From the NCBI GenBank assembly GCA_032718475.1, contig JAUCBJ010007566.1, forward strand, positions 1-64,000: a DNA stretch of 64,000 nucleotides, in the 5' to 3' direction. Below are positions 23,212 to 36,170 of the stretch, piece by piece (within the stretch, counting starts at the first letter, position 1; each line of letters begins with the position of its first letter). Both the position numbers and the translations under genes were made by a program. Origin of the DNA: Nemertoderma westbladi (lineage: Eukaryota; Animalia; Xenacoelomorpha). The notes under the pieces are model-generated. The model worked only from the letters and a program-made list of their open reading frames with translations, was not told the origin of the DNA and ran no database searches.

Positions 23212-24971
23212 AAATCATAATTATATAATGAAAAAAATAATCGTTTTTGCACTCTAACTTGAAATTTTATTGAAATTCAGCCATTTTTTATTGATGAACT
23301 TGTGGTACAGTATAAACGGAGTTAAACTCTACAGTCTGACTGTAGGTTAACTCTTATTCTTGAAATACCGTGCACACAAAGTACAGCTGAATGGGAAATT
23401 ATCCCCATTCTGTATTCCACATTTGGCAGAGACTTAGGAACCGGGGTCCTAGGGGGGCACGGTGCCTCCACTATTTCCACCAACATTTAGATATTGAAAC
23501 ATTACCTACTGTACGCTACAGGTAGTGCTGTAATGGGGGTATTATCTCCCCAAAAAAATATTGTACATAATAAACAGCGCCGTAATATAAGAACCTGATG
23601 TAGGGCCCTTAATGGTAATCAATGGGAGCCCATGTCGTGAAATCATTCCAGAACGTTTCTATATATTTAACTTGGGATTATTATTTATTTAACTTTATGA
23701 TTGTTTAATAACTTTAATTATTGGCCAATGCAATTTAAAAGTAGGCCTACTCTTTATAAGCTGTTAATTTTAATCATAATAATTTTAATTATGTTAACCA
23801 AAATAACTGTAATTAAATACTGCACAGTTGAAAGGGGATGGGGGGGGGGGGGGTTGGGTGAGGGGTTGGGGCGATTTTAGTTCGATTTACCCCTGGACGC
23901 TGCGCACCCTCGATCCACCCTTTTTAGCGTCAAACATTCCCAGCAAGGGCGACAACGATGACAGACTGCCAATTAATTATACCGCTACTCCAAGGCTCAC
24001 TTAGACTTCGTGGCTCGCCCCACACAAATTATTTACTGATAATTGGCAGTAAACAAGGTCGCAAGGTGACCCCTGTACATGTAATATATAATAATAGGCA
24101 TAATGTTTTGCCATGGCACAATTTTTTAATATGAATTTAATGAACATTAAAGTATAAAAACACGATGTTAATTTAAACATATTGTTGTTAAATTATGTTA
24201 AATTGAACTTTATAGTATCCCGGAGATTACAGTGTCTGGTACGATACAGTTATTAGGACTGAATTAATTAGTAACTAATAAATTAATTGTTTGTTTCGTA
24301 ACCTCGTCGTGTCGCACTAGTATCAGTATAGTAATTAATAATATATAGTCATTGGGGTTAAAATAACAGACCGCTTTGTGGGGTATAAAAAAAACATTGC
24401 ATAACTCAAGTTCACTTAAAAGTGAGAAAGTGATATTGCTACCATTTGAAAGAGCCTTTTTTATTGGCTTAGCCAGTATCCAATCAAATCACCTCAGCCT
24501 ACAATATGACATTGTTTACCAGCTGATTTCAAGTTGTTGTTATTTTGGCTGGTGGAGGGTTCCAACCACAGTATTTCCCAACCATGAATTATATTGGTTA
24601 CTTCGAATTCACCATAGTGTCTCAATTCCCTGAATACTAAAGTGGCAATGCTCTCTCCAACACAAAATATGGTCTCATTGTATCATGCCAACCAGTTCGC
24701 TCTGTACAACGTGTCTTTTTTTAACCCCTAAAATGTATGTGTGGAGTAAAAAATACAGGGTGATTCCAGCCGTTTCACACTGAACAATACAAGAACAAGA
24801 CTGAACTCAAAAGTATAATAATCTGTGAATACCTTAGAGTACTGATACGAGGTTATAGGTTTCAAAGGTTGCGTGTGATAGAACACCAAGGCCTTCGCGC
24901 AGCACGAGGCTAAGATCAGAAACCAGTTGCCAGATCCGGTGATCCTGGCAGCCCGGTATGAGAACCACGTA

Positions 24972-25012
24972 GGACCGGACCCGGACCCGGACCCGGACCC
25001 GGACCCGGACCC
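24972..25012. repeat. (GGACCC)n microsatellite
   Basis: About six hexamer copies seen directly. Confidence 0.9.
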
Positions 25013-25208
25013 GTAGGACCATACTATTGTACTAGTCAGAAAATTTTCGCATATATTGTTAGATTGTATCTCCTCATGTATCTTTAAATAAATAGCAGCT
25101 GCAGGGATGGGGGGGGGGGGGGGGGGGGGTGGGGTACACGATCTAAACAACTACCCGAGCCTGATTACCAGACTGTATGATTCGAGTCTGATCGATTGCT
25201 ACGTCGGT

Positions 25209-25548
25209 ACTGTGTCAAGTACAATCAATGCACACATCTCCAACCAGACACTATATAACAATGGAGATGTCTCTTTTGTTCCCCCATGCTTTGACACTCA
25301 AATAAAGCCGCCTCCGCTTTGCGGGACATTGCTTTCGCCGTATGGACCAGCCATTGCATAATCTTCTGCTTTGGCAGCCTCATGGAGTGAAAAAGCATGG
25401 TGGACAGCCCATGACTTTCTTGAGACGCATCTTAAAGAACACTGGCCTTGAAGAGGCGGATGATTTAGCAAATGTCATGGGTGATAGGGAGTTGTAGCGG
25501 CGCAAATTTGTCGATAAGCCGACACAGCATTCTTAATGCACGCTGCAT
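25209..25548 (+). mobile_element. RTE 3'-end fragment (same family as 676-1904)
   Basis: Collinear with about 1548-1885, with indels. Confidence 0.88.
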
Positions 25549-25734
25549 TGACAAAAATATATTTGTTAAGCCAGTATATATCTCAATGTGCAGCTTCAAT
25601 GCAGCAAGCCGTTTATAGTAGTAGATCGAATTGTCATTCAACAGATTCAACACAGAGTAGTTTCTATCCGCCTCATTCACCGAAATCCATGTCAGATATG
25701 CGGCCTGATCCTTCCGTTGTTGCGTGATTTAGCC

Positions 25735-26810
25735 ATACCGAAAGTACCACTGGTACAGGGATATCAGCCACTGACAGTACCACTGGTACAGGGATATCAG
25801 CCACCAAAAGTACCACTGGTACAGGGATATCAGCCACCGACAGTACCACTGGTAAAGGGATATCAGCCAACGAAAGTACCACTGGTACAGGGATATCAGC
25901 CACCGACAGTACCAGTACTGGTGAGGTTCCAGCCACAACAACGACAATCTCAGAGAAGGATGATTTTTATCGGTCGTTTATCGACTGCGATAGAAGTAAA
26001 AGAGAATGCGATCCCTATGATCCTCAAATATGCGATAAGCCGAAAGAATCCGATCAATATACCGTTGATATCGGACGTCAACTCGAATATGCAAAAACTA
26101 ACGACAAGAAACTAAGATGCGATCGCTATTGGATCATATTTTATAGACGTATCCCCAACACCAGTTTCACTGGTAGTGATGACGAGTACCTGTACGGATT
26201 CGGAGATTCCAATGGAAGTTACTTCCTGGGCCTGTATAATATACGTGGTCTGACAAAGGGTAGGGAATGTGAATTGCCTCCGCTTTGCAGGACATTGCTT
26301 TCGCCGTGAGGACCAGCCAGTGCATAATCTTGTACTTTGGCAGCCTCATGGAGTGAATAAGCATGGTGGACAGCCCATGACTTTCTTGAGACGCATCTTA
26401 AAGGACACTGGCCTTGAAGATGCGGATGATCATGGGTGATAGGGGGTTGTGGCGGTGCAATTTTGTCGATAAGCCGGCAGAGCATTCTTAAAAATGCAGC
26501 TGCAATGCAGCAGGCCGATCCTTGTACTAGGGAATGTTTTATGAAGATTGACTGTGGTACATCAATGGTTTTCTACAGAAACTTTACTGTGGTGGGTGTT
26601 GGTGATTATCGTCTAAAGATTACAAGTTATTACAATGATTCCAATACCGGTGTATCTGCTAATGAAAGAAACTGCGATCGTTCTGTTTACAACAACAATA
26701 AGTTTGATTTAAATATAGGATGGTGGTATAGCGGACTTCCCCCAAGTGAATGGGAAATAAAAACTGAAACTATTGAGATGAAGGTGAAAGGCCAGAAAAC
26801 AGTCGGGTGA
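25735..26810 (+). pseudogene. 5'-truncated duplicate of the fibrinogen-like-domain gene, interrupted by an RTE
   Basis: About five 33-bp repeats, then sequence collinear with 21165-21800, with frameshifts and an insertion. Confidence 0.85.
26271..26527 (+). mobile_element. Short RTE 3'-end insertion with 10-bp TSD
   Basis: Matches about 1638-1903; flanked by TAGGGAATGT at 26261-26270 and 26528-26537. Confidence 0.92.
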
Positions 26811-26856
26811 AACATTCAAGATGAAACTGAAACACATAAATTTGCAAAGTCGGCAA

Positions 26857-26930
26857 TGACGTCCAGGTGGGATCGAACTGGTGACCTCCGGGTTGGAAGT
26901 CTGACGCTCTAACCATTCAGCTAGCGGCTC
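26857..26930 (-). mobile_element. tRNA-derived SINE head or tRNA pseudogene
   Basis: Pol III A box TAGCTGAATGG and B box GTTCGATCC, but acceptor and anticodon stems pair poorly. Confidence 0.6.
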
Positions 26931-27362
26931 AGGTAAAAGATAGACCTGGAAATACTATCTGATACCTTGTATGTCCGCAATTTACCTCCTCATGGCCTCC
27001 CATCTGTCATACCATCATCTGCTGCCACTGTACTCAACCCTAGAGTACTTGACCGTCTTTAACCACTCGCTACAATGAAAGGGTAGTGTATATTAACCCT
27101 GAACCATCACGGCCACAATGATTAATTACACACTCTAGCTACTAATTTCGGTAGGACAGGTCGCATTTCTCTATGGGTGTAACTGTCCTGCCGAAATTAC
27201 AAATTACAAACTAACTACATATGAACACTAACATTGAGTTACTCAATACTAACTGATGCATGTTAAATTCTAACTTACTAACTGATGAAACTACTAACTA
27301 CATACATATGAACACTAAAATTGAGTTATTCAATACTAACTTTTTTTTAACATTGTCACTCC

Positions 27363-27610
27363 AGATAGGGGGGAAACTGGACGCAATAAAAATTAATCCC
27401 TCTCCAGGGAAAATTTGGCGCAAATAATAGATGAATTTAGCCTACTCTCAAAAATAAAACTGTAACCTGTTCTATTGACTTTAGTTTATTGTTTTGGTTA
27501 AAATAACGTGCCACTGTAACCTGCTCCTTTCTCTAAATGGAGACTATACCATTGAGGCGGGATATTAATTCGCCAAGATAGGATTTGCGTCCAGTTTCAC
27601 CCCCCTGTCT
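27363..27610. mobile_element. MITE with about 24-bp TIRs
   Basis: AGATAGGGGGGAAACTGGACGCAA ... TTGCGTCCAGTTTCACCCCCCTGTCT; second copy at 6305-6555, fragment near 29110-29160. Confidence 0.8.
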
Positions 27611-27835
27611 CTGTCAGTCAGTTCATCAATGGACAAAAATTGTACATGTTATGGTATAGAAGCCAAATACGATTTACGCAAATATAGTAAACCATTAAAC
27701 TTCTAAATGAATAATATTACTGGGAAAAGTAGTAAGTTTTTCCAATTGCAGGACATTTACTAACTGATGTTCAATATTAAGTTACAAACTTATGTAACCA
27801 CTAACTACATTTAAACTCTACCACCATGTTGTTAC

Positions 27836-28996
27836 CTATGTAGTTGTGTTTAGTTGCTGCATCGCATAGGGGAGATAAACCGAGAAAAATATAGCCGAAG
27901 CGGCGACATAGAAACCAGGGAATAATATTTTGGACCACCAGTCTATACTGGAGGCGTAGTTCTTGGTGTAGCGCTTAGAGGCCAGAGCGTCGTCGTAGGA
28001 TTTACCGAAGTGGCATACGGCGGCAAACTGGATGAGCGAGGCGAAGACAAAGAACAGACCGATAGCGAAGCTGACGTCGAGAGCTTTTATATAGGAAACC
28101 TTAGGGAGACGGTTGTAGGTGTTGAGGGTGAGAGTGAGCAGCGTGAGGATGGTGGTTATTGCTAGAGAAGCGCGGGCGGGGATGGCTTTACGGTCAACCC
28201 ATATACCAATCCATGACATTACAACAATCAGATTCAAAGGGAAAAACACACTGATAATATAGGAACTGGTCAAACGGTCTAATTTGACTATCATATTGAT
28301 TCTAGAATATTCTCCCATAACGGTAACAATTGTTCCCTGATCCACTGTAACCATAGACGTATCTATTTCAACATGTTCGGGTAGTTGTATCGGTCGTACG
28401 ACCTCTGCGACTGATCCATTCAACTTCTTTGGTTTGAAAACCACATCCCGTACCGGGTAACTATAACTCTGGAATGTGATTGGGCAATGCTGCGTGTCCA
28501 TGGGGAACACAGACAAGTCGAACTTACAGTGAACATTTAGGATTAGGCGGGTGGATTTGTTTATATCTCCGTTCGGTTTTAGATTCAGCATTCCCTCGCC
28601 CTCTGAGTGGGAGTTAAATTCATTTGTGACGTAAACGGCCGGATTCCATATCTTAGAGGTAATACTCGGATCCAAAACGATGTCTCCGTTAAAGTGATAA
28701 TCAGTGAAGTTGTTTCCGAATGCGAGACGTTTATCGTTCCATGTGAGACGCAGAAAGACAACGGCTTGGAATGTCATCGACGAATCGTCCACGTTGGCGA
28801 TGTTATTGAGACCGAAACTGACGCCTACATTCAGTGGAAGGTCCCCCCCGGGTCGGGTGTACTTGTTAAAAGTTGGTGACGTAATAATGTCGTCTACAAA
28901 TGACTCTATTTCGCTTCTAGTTGTGGGAACTGAAACTGGGATCTGTTGCAACAATATTACTATTACATGTAGGAGACAAATCCGAGAGAGTGCCAT
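27836..28996 (-). CDS. Intronless Cys-loop ligand-gated ion channel subunit, anion-selective type (GABA-A/GlyR/GluCl-like)
   Basis: Signal peptide from ATG 28996, RP motif, Cys-loop CKFDLSVFPMDTQHC, PAR motif before M2 (AIPARASLAITTILT), LPKVSYIKALD, IDWWSKILFP in M4. Confidence 0.93.
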   Translation of the reverse strand: MALSRICLLHVIVILLQQIPVSVPTTRSEIESFVDDIITSPTFNKYTRPGGDLPLNVGVSFGLNNIANVDDSSMTFQAVVFLRLTWNDKRLAFGNNFTDYHFNGDIVLDPSITSKIWNPAVYVTNEFNSHSEGEGMLNLKPNGDINKSTRLILNVHCKFDLSVFPMDTQHCPITFQSYSYPVRDVVFKPKKLNGSVAEVVRPIQLPEHVEIDTSMVTVDQGTIVTVMGEYSRINMIVKLDRLTSSYIISVFFPLNLIVVMSWIGIWVDRKAIPARASLAITTILTLLTLTLNTYNRLPKVSYIKALDVSFAIGLFFVFASLIQFAAVCHFGKSYDDALASKRYTKNYASSIDWWSKILFPGFYVAASAIFFSVYLPYAMQQLNTTT

Positions 28997-29934
28997 TTTC
29001 GACAAATTAAAATTATAACAATATTTAATTAATCAGATAGTGGCGCACTTTGACCGCAAGCGAAAATAGTGATCTTCAGCGCAAATTGACCGCAAGTGAA
29101 ATAATGTATAGTTTATTGTTTTGGTTAGAAAATACTGCCACTGTAACCTGCACCTTTCCCTTAATATTTTTTATTTAAAATAAATTAATTTTTCAAACCC
29201 ACTAAAATTTATTTTGTGTTTGCTGTCAATCCGCGCCATTGACTCTAATTAATATAGGCTGAAAACAATTTAGTGTGAAATATAGAATATATATTAAAAG
29301 TATTAAAACGTCAATAAATAAATAATTAATATGATAAATAAGACTTATATTTTTAATTACATTTTTTTTTCTTTCTGGGACTAGAAGAAGAAAGTGAGTG
29401 ATGACATGATCCATGACGATTCTAGTTATAAGAATACTCCTCCATCCGTTGAAGGAAGCGTTCGGTTCCCTAGAGGCCACAGTATGCATTTATTTTGATC
29501 CACCACCTAATCTAGTCTAACTGTTTCTATCCACCTAATTACCATAAGTTAATTTAGTTTTATCGTCTCCCTTTACGACCTGCCTGCACTGCTTCACCAC
29601 ACACACCTTGCTTCTTGTCTGTCCAAATCCAACGGGAGTGAAGTTTTCCCTTGCGAGACAACAAGGTTGAGCGTATTGTTTCCCTAAAAGTGATACTACT
29701 CATCACGTTACAAAGTAAATAACTTTAGGCTTAAGGAGGGCTGATTCGGTTAATTTTTTCTTTTTTTAGTCGAAATAACGTTCACAAAGGTTATAATCTT
29801 AATGAAAAAATAATTGTGAGTGAACATAGAGTTATCTGGGAGCATAATTAGATGAAAGCAAACGTTATCTAATAAAAAATAAGAATTTAAAACTTTAGTT
29901 AGAATGTCCTAACTATTCGAAGCACGGGAGAATA

Positions 29935-30200
29935 TTGAAAAGTCATCATAATTTACACTGTTTCAAATGCGTGATCTCTTATACATAGCTGGAAGCATGG
30001 GTGTAACAGGTTTGCCAAGATACGTTGGAAAATCAATACGCCACTTTAAGGTCAGAGTGTCGGAGCATCTAGGGTTATCACCCCGTGTACAGGAAATCTG
30101 TTACACCCAAGCACTCAGCTATACGAGATCACTCACTTGAAACATATCATAGTGTAAATTATAATGACTTTTCGATATTCTCCCGTGCTTCAAATAGTTA
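29935..30200 (+). mobile_element. Penelope-like element GIY-YIG endonuclease relic
   Basis: From 30021 YVGKSIRHFKVRVSEHLGLSPR, then after a frameshift HSAIRDHSLETYHSVNYNDFSI. Confidence 0.7.
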
Positions 30201-31869
30201 AATGCAGTAATTTAAAGTCTTATCATCAAAGCAACATTTAAAATAAAATAACTACTGAATCCTAAAAATGATGCGGAGAGATTTTTTTTGCTTTATTTTA
30301 CTTCTTAAACAAAATAAAACATAATTATCCTTCCTTAACCAGCCCAAACGCTAACATCGCGTTCTTACTGGGTTTTTAATTTAAAACATGTCAACATTTT
30401 CGTCGTAAAATAATTTTTCAATACCCCCATAAAGTCCGCTACCGAAGCCTCACAAATACTTTGAAACATTGAGAATGAATTTATAGCGGCTCCTAAACCA
30501 CATAAAAAGGGAGGTTGCTGTAACCCAAGTGCTTGGTATTTATTGAATATCAAACGAATAAACAACAAAAGCACACAAAACAAGTTAGAGTGCCGCGTCG
30601 ATTGAAAACAAATTAACTATTGATTTTGTGGCCCATTAATGTCTGTGTTGCCGCCTGCCGAAACGCTTTGAAACTCTTTAAAAATATTCATCATTCCAGC
30701 CCTAATCCTCCTCCGTTAGCCAACTGCTATGCAGGCTGACTCGAAACTACCCGGCCAATTCTCTTTCGGTTGTTATATCAATTTTAATCATAGATAAAAA
30801 TCTTGAGATAAAAATTGAATCTTCAACACAGACATAAAGCCAATGAATAGTCCGGTATTCGGTTCGTTTATATTCGATTTGTTTGCGTTCGTTAATATCT
30901 TATATTCACATTTGTTGTCAAAATATCTCTGCTGAAAGCTGCAATCCCTCATTCTGAATCTGAGAGGTGTCCAAGGTGACTGACTGACTTTATCTAGTTG
31001 TCACTTATCGACATGGAAAGTAATTTTTAAATTGTGACTTCAAATGACCAAACAGATGAGTATTCCTAAGATGTAAGTAAGTATGCAATACACCCCCTTC
31101 CTTCCATTCCACCCTCTCCCCTTGAGTAATACAAAAATACATCGTCTTCCCCTCTCCTTTAATACTGGTACATTTATATATATTAGTACAATAAACACAA
31201 TATAACACATCTTTAATTAATCATTATCATTTAACCTCTCTAAAAATAATGTAGTATAATGTTTAGAATTGAAAGTGATTTCGAATAATGGCCACCTCGC
31301 ATGGCCGAGCCACTACATCTCCTAAGGCCCGATGGTCCCATGAGCTTTCATTTTTCATCATTCATCTTCCATCTTTTATATTTTTAGAAATCACTGTCTA
31401 ATGGAGACATTCACACATAATGACATTGTCTTTCATCTTACAACTTTCATCTTTCCAATTACAGTGTGAATGTTCTACTTTGTTGAAACATGAAAGATAA
31501 TGGATTTCCACATATTGTAGCTTTGTTTAGTAGTAATTTGTAGTATTATTATAGAGTATTAAGTATATATTGTATATATATATTATATTGTATATATATA
31601 TTATATTGTATAAGTTTGTAGTTATATAGATTGTATATTACAAAAACCAGGTAACCATTCTTTCATTGCCGATTTCACAGGTTACAGGTTTTGGAAAAAC
31701 AATAATTATTACCTGATGGATAGACCATAACCGAAATTAACGATATTGCAAGAAAGATATATATTAGAGTTGGTTTTTAGTACTACTGTAATTTGGAAAC
31801 AAAATTTTTGCGACGAATCTTTAGAAAAATATATACAGTACTATATGCTGGACAAATGAATCAGTTGAA

Positions 31870-32432
31870 CGGAGTAGGCGACTCTGAAATTTTTTTTCGA
31901 CTTTTCGTTGGTTCCATTTGAAAAATCCCAGAGAGCAATTTTACTTGAAAAAATAATATTAGGTGAGTTGGAGAGCGATTTTAAAATGCAAAATTAAGCA
32001 AAATCAAAAAATCAGGCTGTTTTCGGAAAACTGCATTAGTGACGCCACTAACGCAGCACAAATTTTTCAATGGTTCCTATACAATATAATTTATCTTAGT
32101 AACTAAAATAAATATTGTAGACTGTAAGTAATATTTATTTGGTGTGTTTTTGTGCTGTGTTAGAGAATGTATTAAGAAATAGTAAAAACACTTTTTTCCC
32201 TCATCCTTCGGCCTCAAAATATTTTATATTAGCCAATCAACTGCGCTTGGCAACTGTTGTTATGGATGACGTTCCGTTCCTAAAACGGCCTGATTTTCGA
32301 TGTTTCAAATTGCGTTTTAAAATCGCTATAACTCAGACAATATTATATTTTTTTTAAGAAAATTGCTCTCTGGGGTATTTCCACCTGCTCTTTCAAATGA
32401 AACTAACGAATAAATGTCTGAGTCGCTATCCC
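31870..32432. mobile_element. Degenerate MITE-like element with about 90-bp imperfect inverted ends
   Basis: GCGACTC..TTCGTT.GTT.CATTTGAAA..CCCAGAGAGCAATTTT on the left recurs as reverse complement at 32340-32432. Confidence 0.55.
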
Positions 32433-32459
32433 CATACACCCACAACGTTTTTCAAAAAT

Positions 32460-33483
32460 TTAGTTGACTTTCTTAGTTTCTCGTTGAGTAACTTTATTTT
32501 GAGTTACAGAGGCGAGTCTTCTATCGAAGTAACCCAACACAACCACAACAAGCAGTCGCAACGGCCCTGCGAGTAACACCTGAACGAATGTTTCTAACAC
32601 AGAGTTCGGGGGAGGGGACATCCCTGCAGTAAGTGTAGCGAGCATCCACCCGCCACCTCCGACCCAACTAGTAAACATTCCCGACTCAATATCCCCCATC
32701 AACCTCCGAGCAACATCAACTGCCTCCATGATTACGTAATTCCTTCCCAACACAGCCTCTCTTTCCTCGCACTTAATCAACGACCCTTTCCTGTGCATCG
32801 GGGTGTCCGCAGCAGGGGGATGATTAAGGACGACTCGAATACCGAAGGGACGAACTTCCATCTGTAACGACTCGCAAAAACCACGGAGCGCGAACTTAGA
32901 CTGTTCTGTTAGAGGCGCTGTAAATGCTGAAACCAGGTAAACCAGCCTGTCCGGCGTTAGAAGAAATGTATACAAGGCGACCACTCGTACGTGCCTTCAT
33001 AGATTCTAGAACAACTTTACTGGTATAAATCGATCCTAAAACGTTGACGTTTATAAGTTCTCCGATTTCATCTGCCGATTCTTCCTCCAGCGTTTTAGCC
33101 AATAACACACCGGCGCTATTGATGAGACAATCCACGGGCCCCGATTGGGCAACCGCCTGGCCAATAGCTGAATCGATAGCCCCATAACCCTCAGTTAGAT
33201 CTACCGAGATAGCGTTCACCATCTGATTGTTTCCATTCGCTGATTGGCTGACCCGATATACAGCCTGACTCAACCGCTCCCGATCGCGAGCTAACAGGGT
33301 CACGTTCGCCCCGCGCTCGGCAGCGCAGATGGCGATCTCCAACCCGATCCCACTGGATCCCCCCGTGATTAGAACATGGCTGCCATGGAAACTGAACGGT
33401 TTGGCGCGGGGTGTGTTTATCCATATGACAATAAACACCGTTAGCAACACGCAGAAACCAATAATACAACATAGACATAACAT
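32460..33483 (-). pseudogene. KDSR: Intronless 3-ketodihydrosphingosine reductase-like SDR with a 13-bp frameshifting insertion
   Basis: N-terminal hydrophobic segment, HVLITGGSSGIG, GANVTLLARD, LINSAG, YSAS|KFALRGFCESLQME, GWMLATLTAGMSP, FVQVLLAGPLRL; insertion within 32896-32913. Confidence 0.82.
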
Positions 33484-33740
33484 TGTGCAGTAGTGGGTAG
33501 TGAATTAGGCAGTCCATCATAACAGTTGAGGGGCCATGCCATGGCCTACTTAAACTTACTTTTTAGCCTTAAAATTTAAGGCCATTGCAAATAATATCTT
33601 ATTTGAAACATAGGGTATATAGTTTCTATTATACGTCTTTATTGTTTATTCTTAAAATATTGTATTTCACAACTGTAGTGTAGGGCGTTTTCCATAGTGG
33701 GGCGAGCCACGAAGTTGGCGGAGCCTTAGCGAACTGACAC

Positions 33741-35006
33741 TGTTTGTACGCGCTTTTGAAGACCTTTAGCAGTTTAACCTGCCAAAATTTATATGTCTTT
33801 TGGTTTATAAATAGACTTTAGAAGTTGACAAATATTTAATACCAATAAACACAACATTAGCAGAAGCCAGCCTAGTGCGCGTCCATTCACCCGCTGGATA
33901 TACCCGGGAGACTGGGTTCTGAGGGCTTAGATTATTATTGCAGTGTAAGCTTACTGTATTATTCGATTGATCGTTAATAAATAATTTCTGACTAATATTA
34001 TTCACTTTCGGGAAATATTAACAGTTCCTTTAGGACGTGGCGCTCTATCTAGGTAAACAGAGATATGACTTATACTAATCACAACGGCAAGTCTGTAAGG
34101 CTTATGATTCACGTATGAGGCGCATTCTTTAGGAAATGCTTAGTTATCAGTCACAATCAGGCACACTACCGGTAACACACAATACTGCTCACTAATTTGC
34201 CGACCGTCAATGAATTTTATCATATATAAAGAGAACAGCAACGGACTCATGTAGTGCTTATCAAATAGCATTAAATTCACTACAAACCACCATAATATAA
34301 GTCGCAATCGCTATATATAACCCGTCTCTCTAACCTGTAGTGTATCAAGAAAATTGGGAAATTTGGGTTCTTTATAGATGTTCTCCAAATAATATTCAAC
34401 CAAAACACAACAGTAACCAGCAGTATAATAATGTATGTTGAACCGATAATGTAAGACTGAATTGAGATAAGATAAGCCGATTGATATGCACTGATAACAG
34501 TTATACGCTCTATAATCTTAAGCCTACTATTGTTTCTTCTAAAGTATGAAACGAATTGACTCTAGAGCCGGTGTTCCTGGCCTAGATAGAAAACAACACA
34601 ACAGTATCAAGAAAAACAGTAAGACTGAACACTCCTAGCACGATCGGCCGAATATCTCCACATCGACAGAAAAAATCGCTCTGATTGGCTGTTAAGCTAA
34701 ACAAAGAACCATGTGTCCAATGGCCGTTTCCATGTCAGCAACCAGCTGTTAGATGTCGTAAGCTGAATCATCAAGGCTAAGCTGTGCCAGGGTATTTGGT
34801 GCATTGCGGGTTTTTTGCCTTACCATGTCCGCCAAAGCACACATATAGAAGAATGACGTTTATGTCCGTTAAAACACTTATAACGGTACCTTGCGGGCGA
34901 GGGGGATATATATATAGTTAGAGAGCTTTTTAGAGTATTCCAGCGCCTGGGGGGAAACTGGATTGCAAAGCAAAAGGGCCAGTTATATCCCACAGAAGCT
35001 TTTACA
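33741..35006 (-). mobile_element. 3' LTR of element A1
   Basis: Minus strand TGTAAAAG...AACA preceded by PPT-like GGGAGCGG; homologous to 37679-38934. Confidence 0.8.
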
Positions 35007-35084
35007 CCGCTCCCAGAAAATGGGATTTGAGTCTATAAAATATACAAAATCACAGTTTCTAATATACGTAAATACTCTAAACAG

Positions 35085-36170
35085 TTAGTCTTTCTAACGC
35101 GGACGGCGTTTACGCAGTTTTTTAAAGCTAGCCAGAGTCTTTTTCTCTTTGGGGCGAGCCACTTTACAAGGAGGGCTATAACTCCTGGGTGAAGGGTGCA
35201 ATATGATTGCATCAGAAGGTGTAGGATTATGGTCGGTGTATCCGCCAGTCGAAGTACCGGGTTGATTGACATCAACGTCGGGGGAGAGGGGTCTAACGGC
35301 TTTGAGAGCTCGTTTTAAGACAGCCGCTCTTACGGGTCCTTTATGAGTGGTCTGAACGAGAGCCGTGGGTGGACCATAGGCAGTTAGAAACCTCCGGGGT
35401 TTAATGGTTCTTTCTAACTCGCGTTCGCAGGCTCGGTATTCATAAGGCCGTCGATATACTTCCTGTAACTCGGGGTGTGAGTTAACAAATAAGTCTCCAT
35501 AGTCCGGGTCCTGACGGATATAATTGATTAAGCTATAGGAATGAAGGTCGCTAGGATTAACACTCCTGAGAAATTTGTGTACGAACTTGGTTGAAATACA
35601 TTCTCCGACGCGCTTCAGTAGTTCGTAACTCGATATGCGTGATTTCTGTTCGACAGAAGCGAATAGATAAGGATGGAACGCATAAACTCCTTCGTAAGCG
35701 CGTCCAGGATAATAACGATGGCGCGAATCACAATGTAAATCAGCGTTCGCTTCCCAAGCTCTGATGTAACGTAGTGTGATCATTTCATCTACGCTTTCCA
35801 AATCGTGATTAAAAAGGGCAATCGAAACTGGCGCGTCCCTTTAGTTGACAATGGTGCCATTGAGTCATAAATTGAGGGCAAACCGCAAAAATGTGCAAGT
35901 TATTGAGTCTGCAATACGCGCAATAAATTTCCATCGCCGGTTGTTCGTGGAAATAGGAACAGCGGACGTTTGTGTCCATGGGCGTAACATGGTCTCTCGA
36001 TGCGCATAACCGACAACGTTGCCGAGAAACATAGTTGGCATGGCGATAATTGTACGCAGTGAGACACTGTGGACCTTGATACCATTCTAGGATATAATCG
36101 TTGTCGCTGTTCCGGGCGCGATAGGCTGAATCTCCTCAGATTCTAGGCATATTGGTTCGTCTTCCCAGTC
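35085..36170 (-). pseudogene. A1 accessory-ORF remnant (zinc knuckles and basic tail; exonuclease part absent)
   Basis: Collinear with about 39013-40095: CRLCASRDH, YCAYCRLNNLHIFAVC, then ESVDEMITLRY...KKLRKRRPR; frameshifted. Confidence 0.82.

Noticed and set aside
26857-26930. Functional tRNA-Gly(TCC)
   Set aside because: A and B boxes are present but the acceptor and anticodon stems do not pair.
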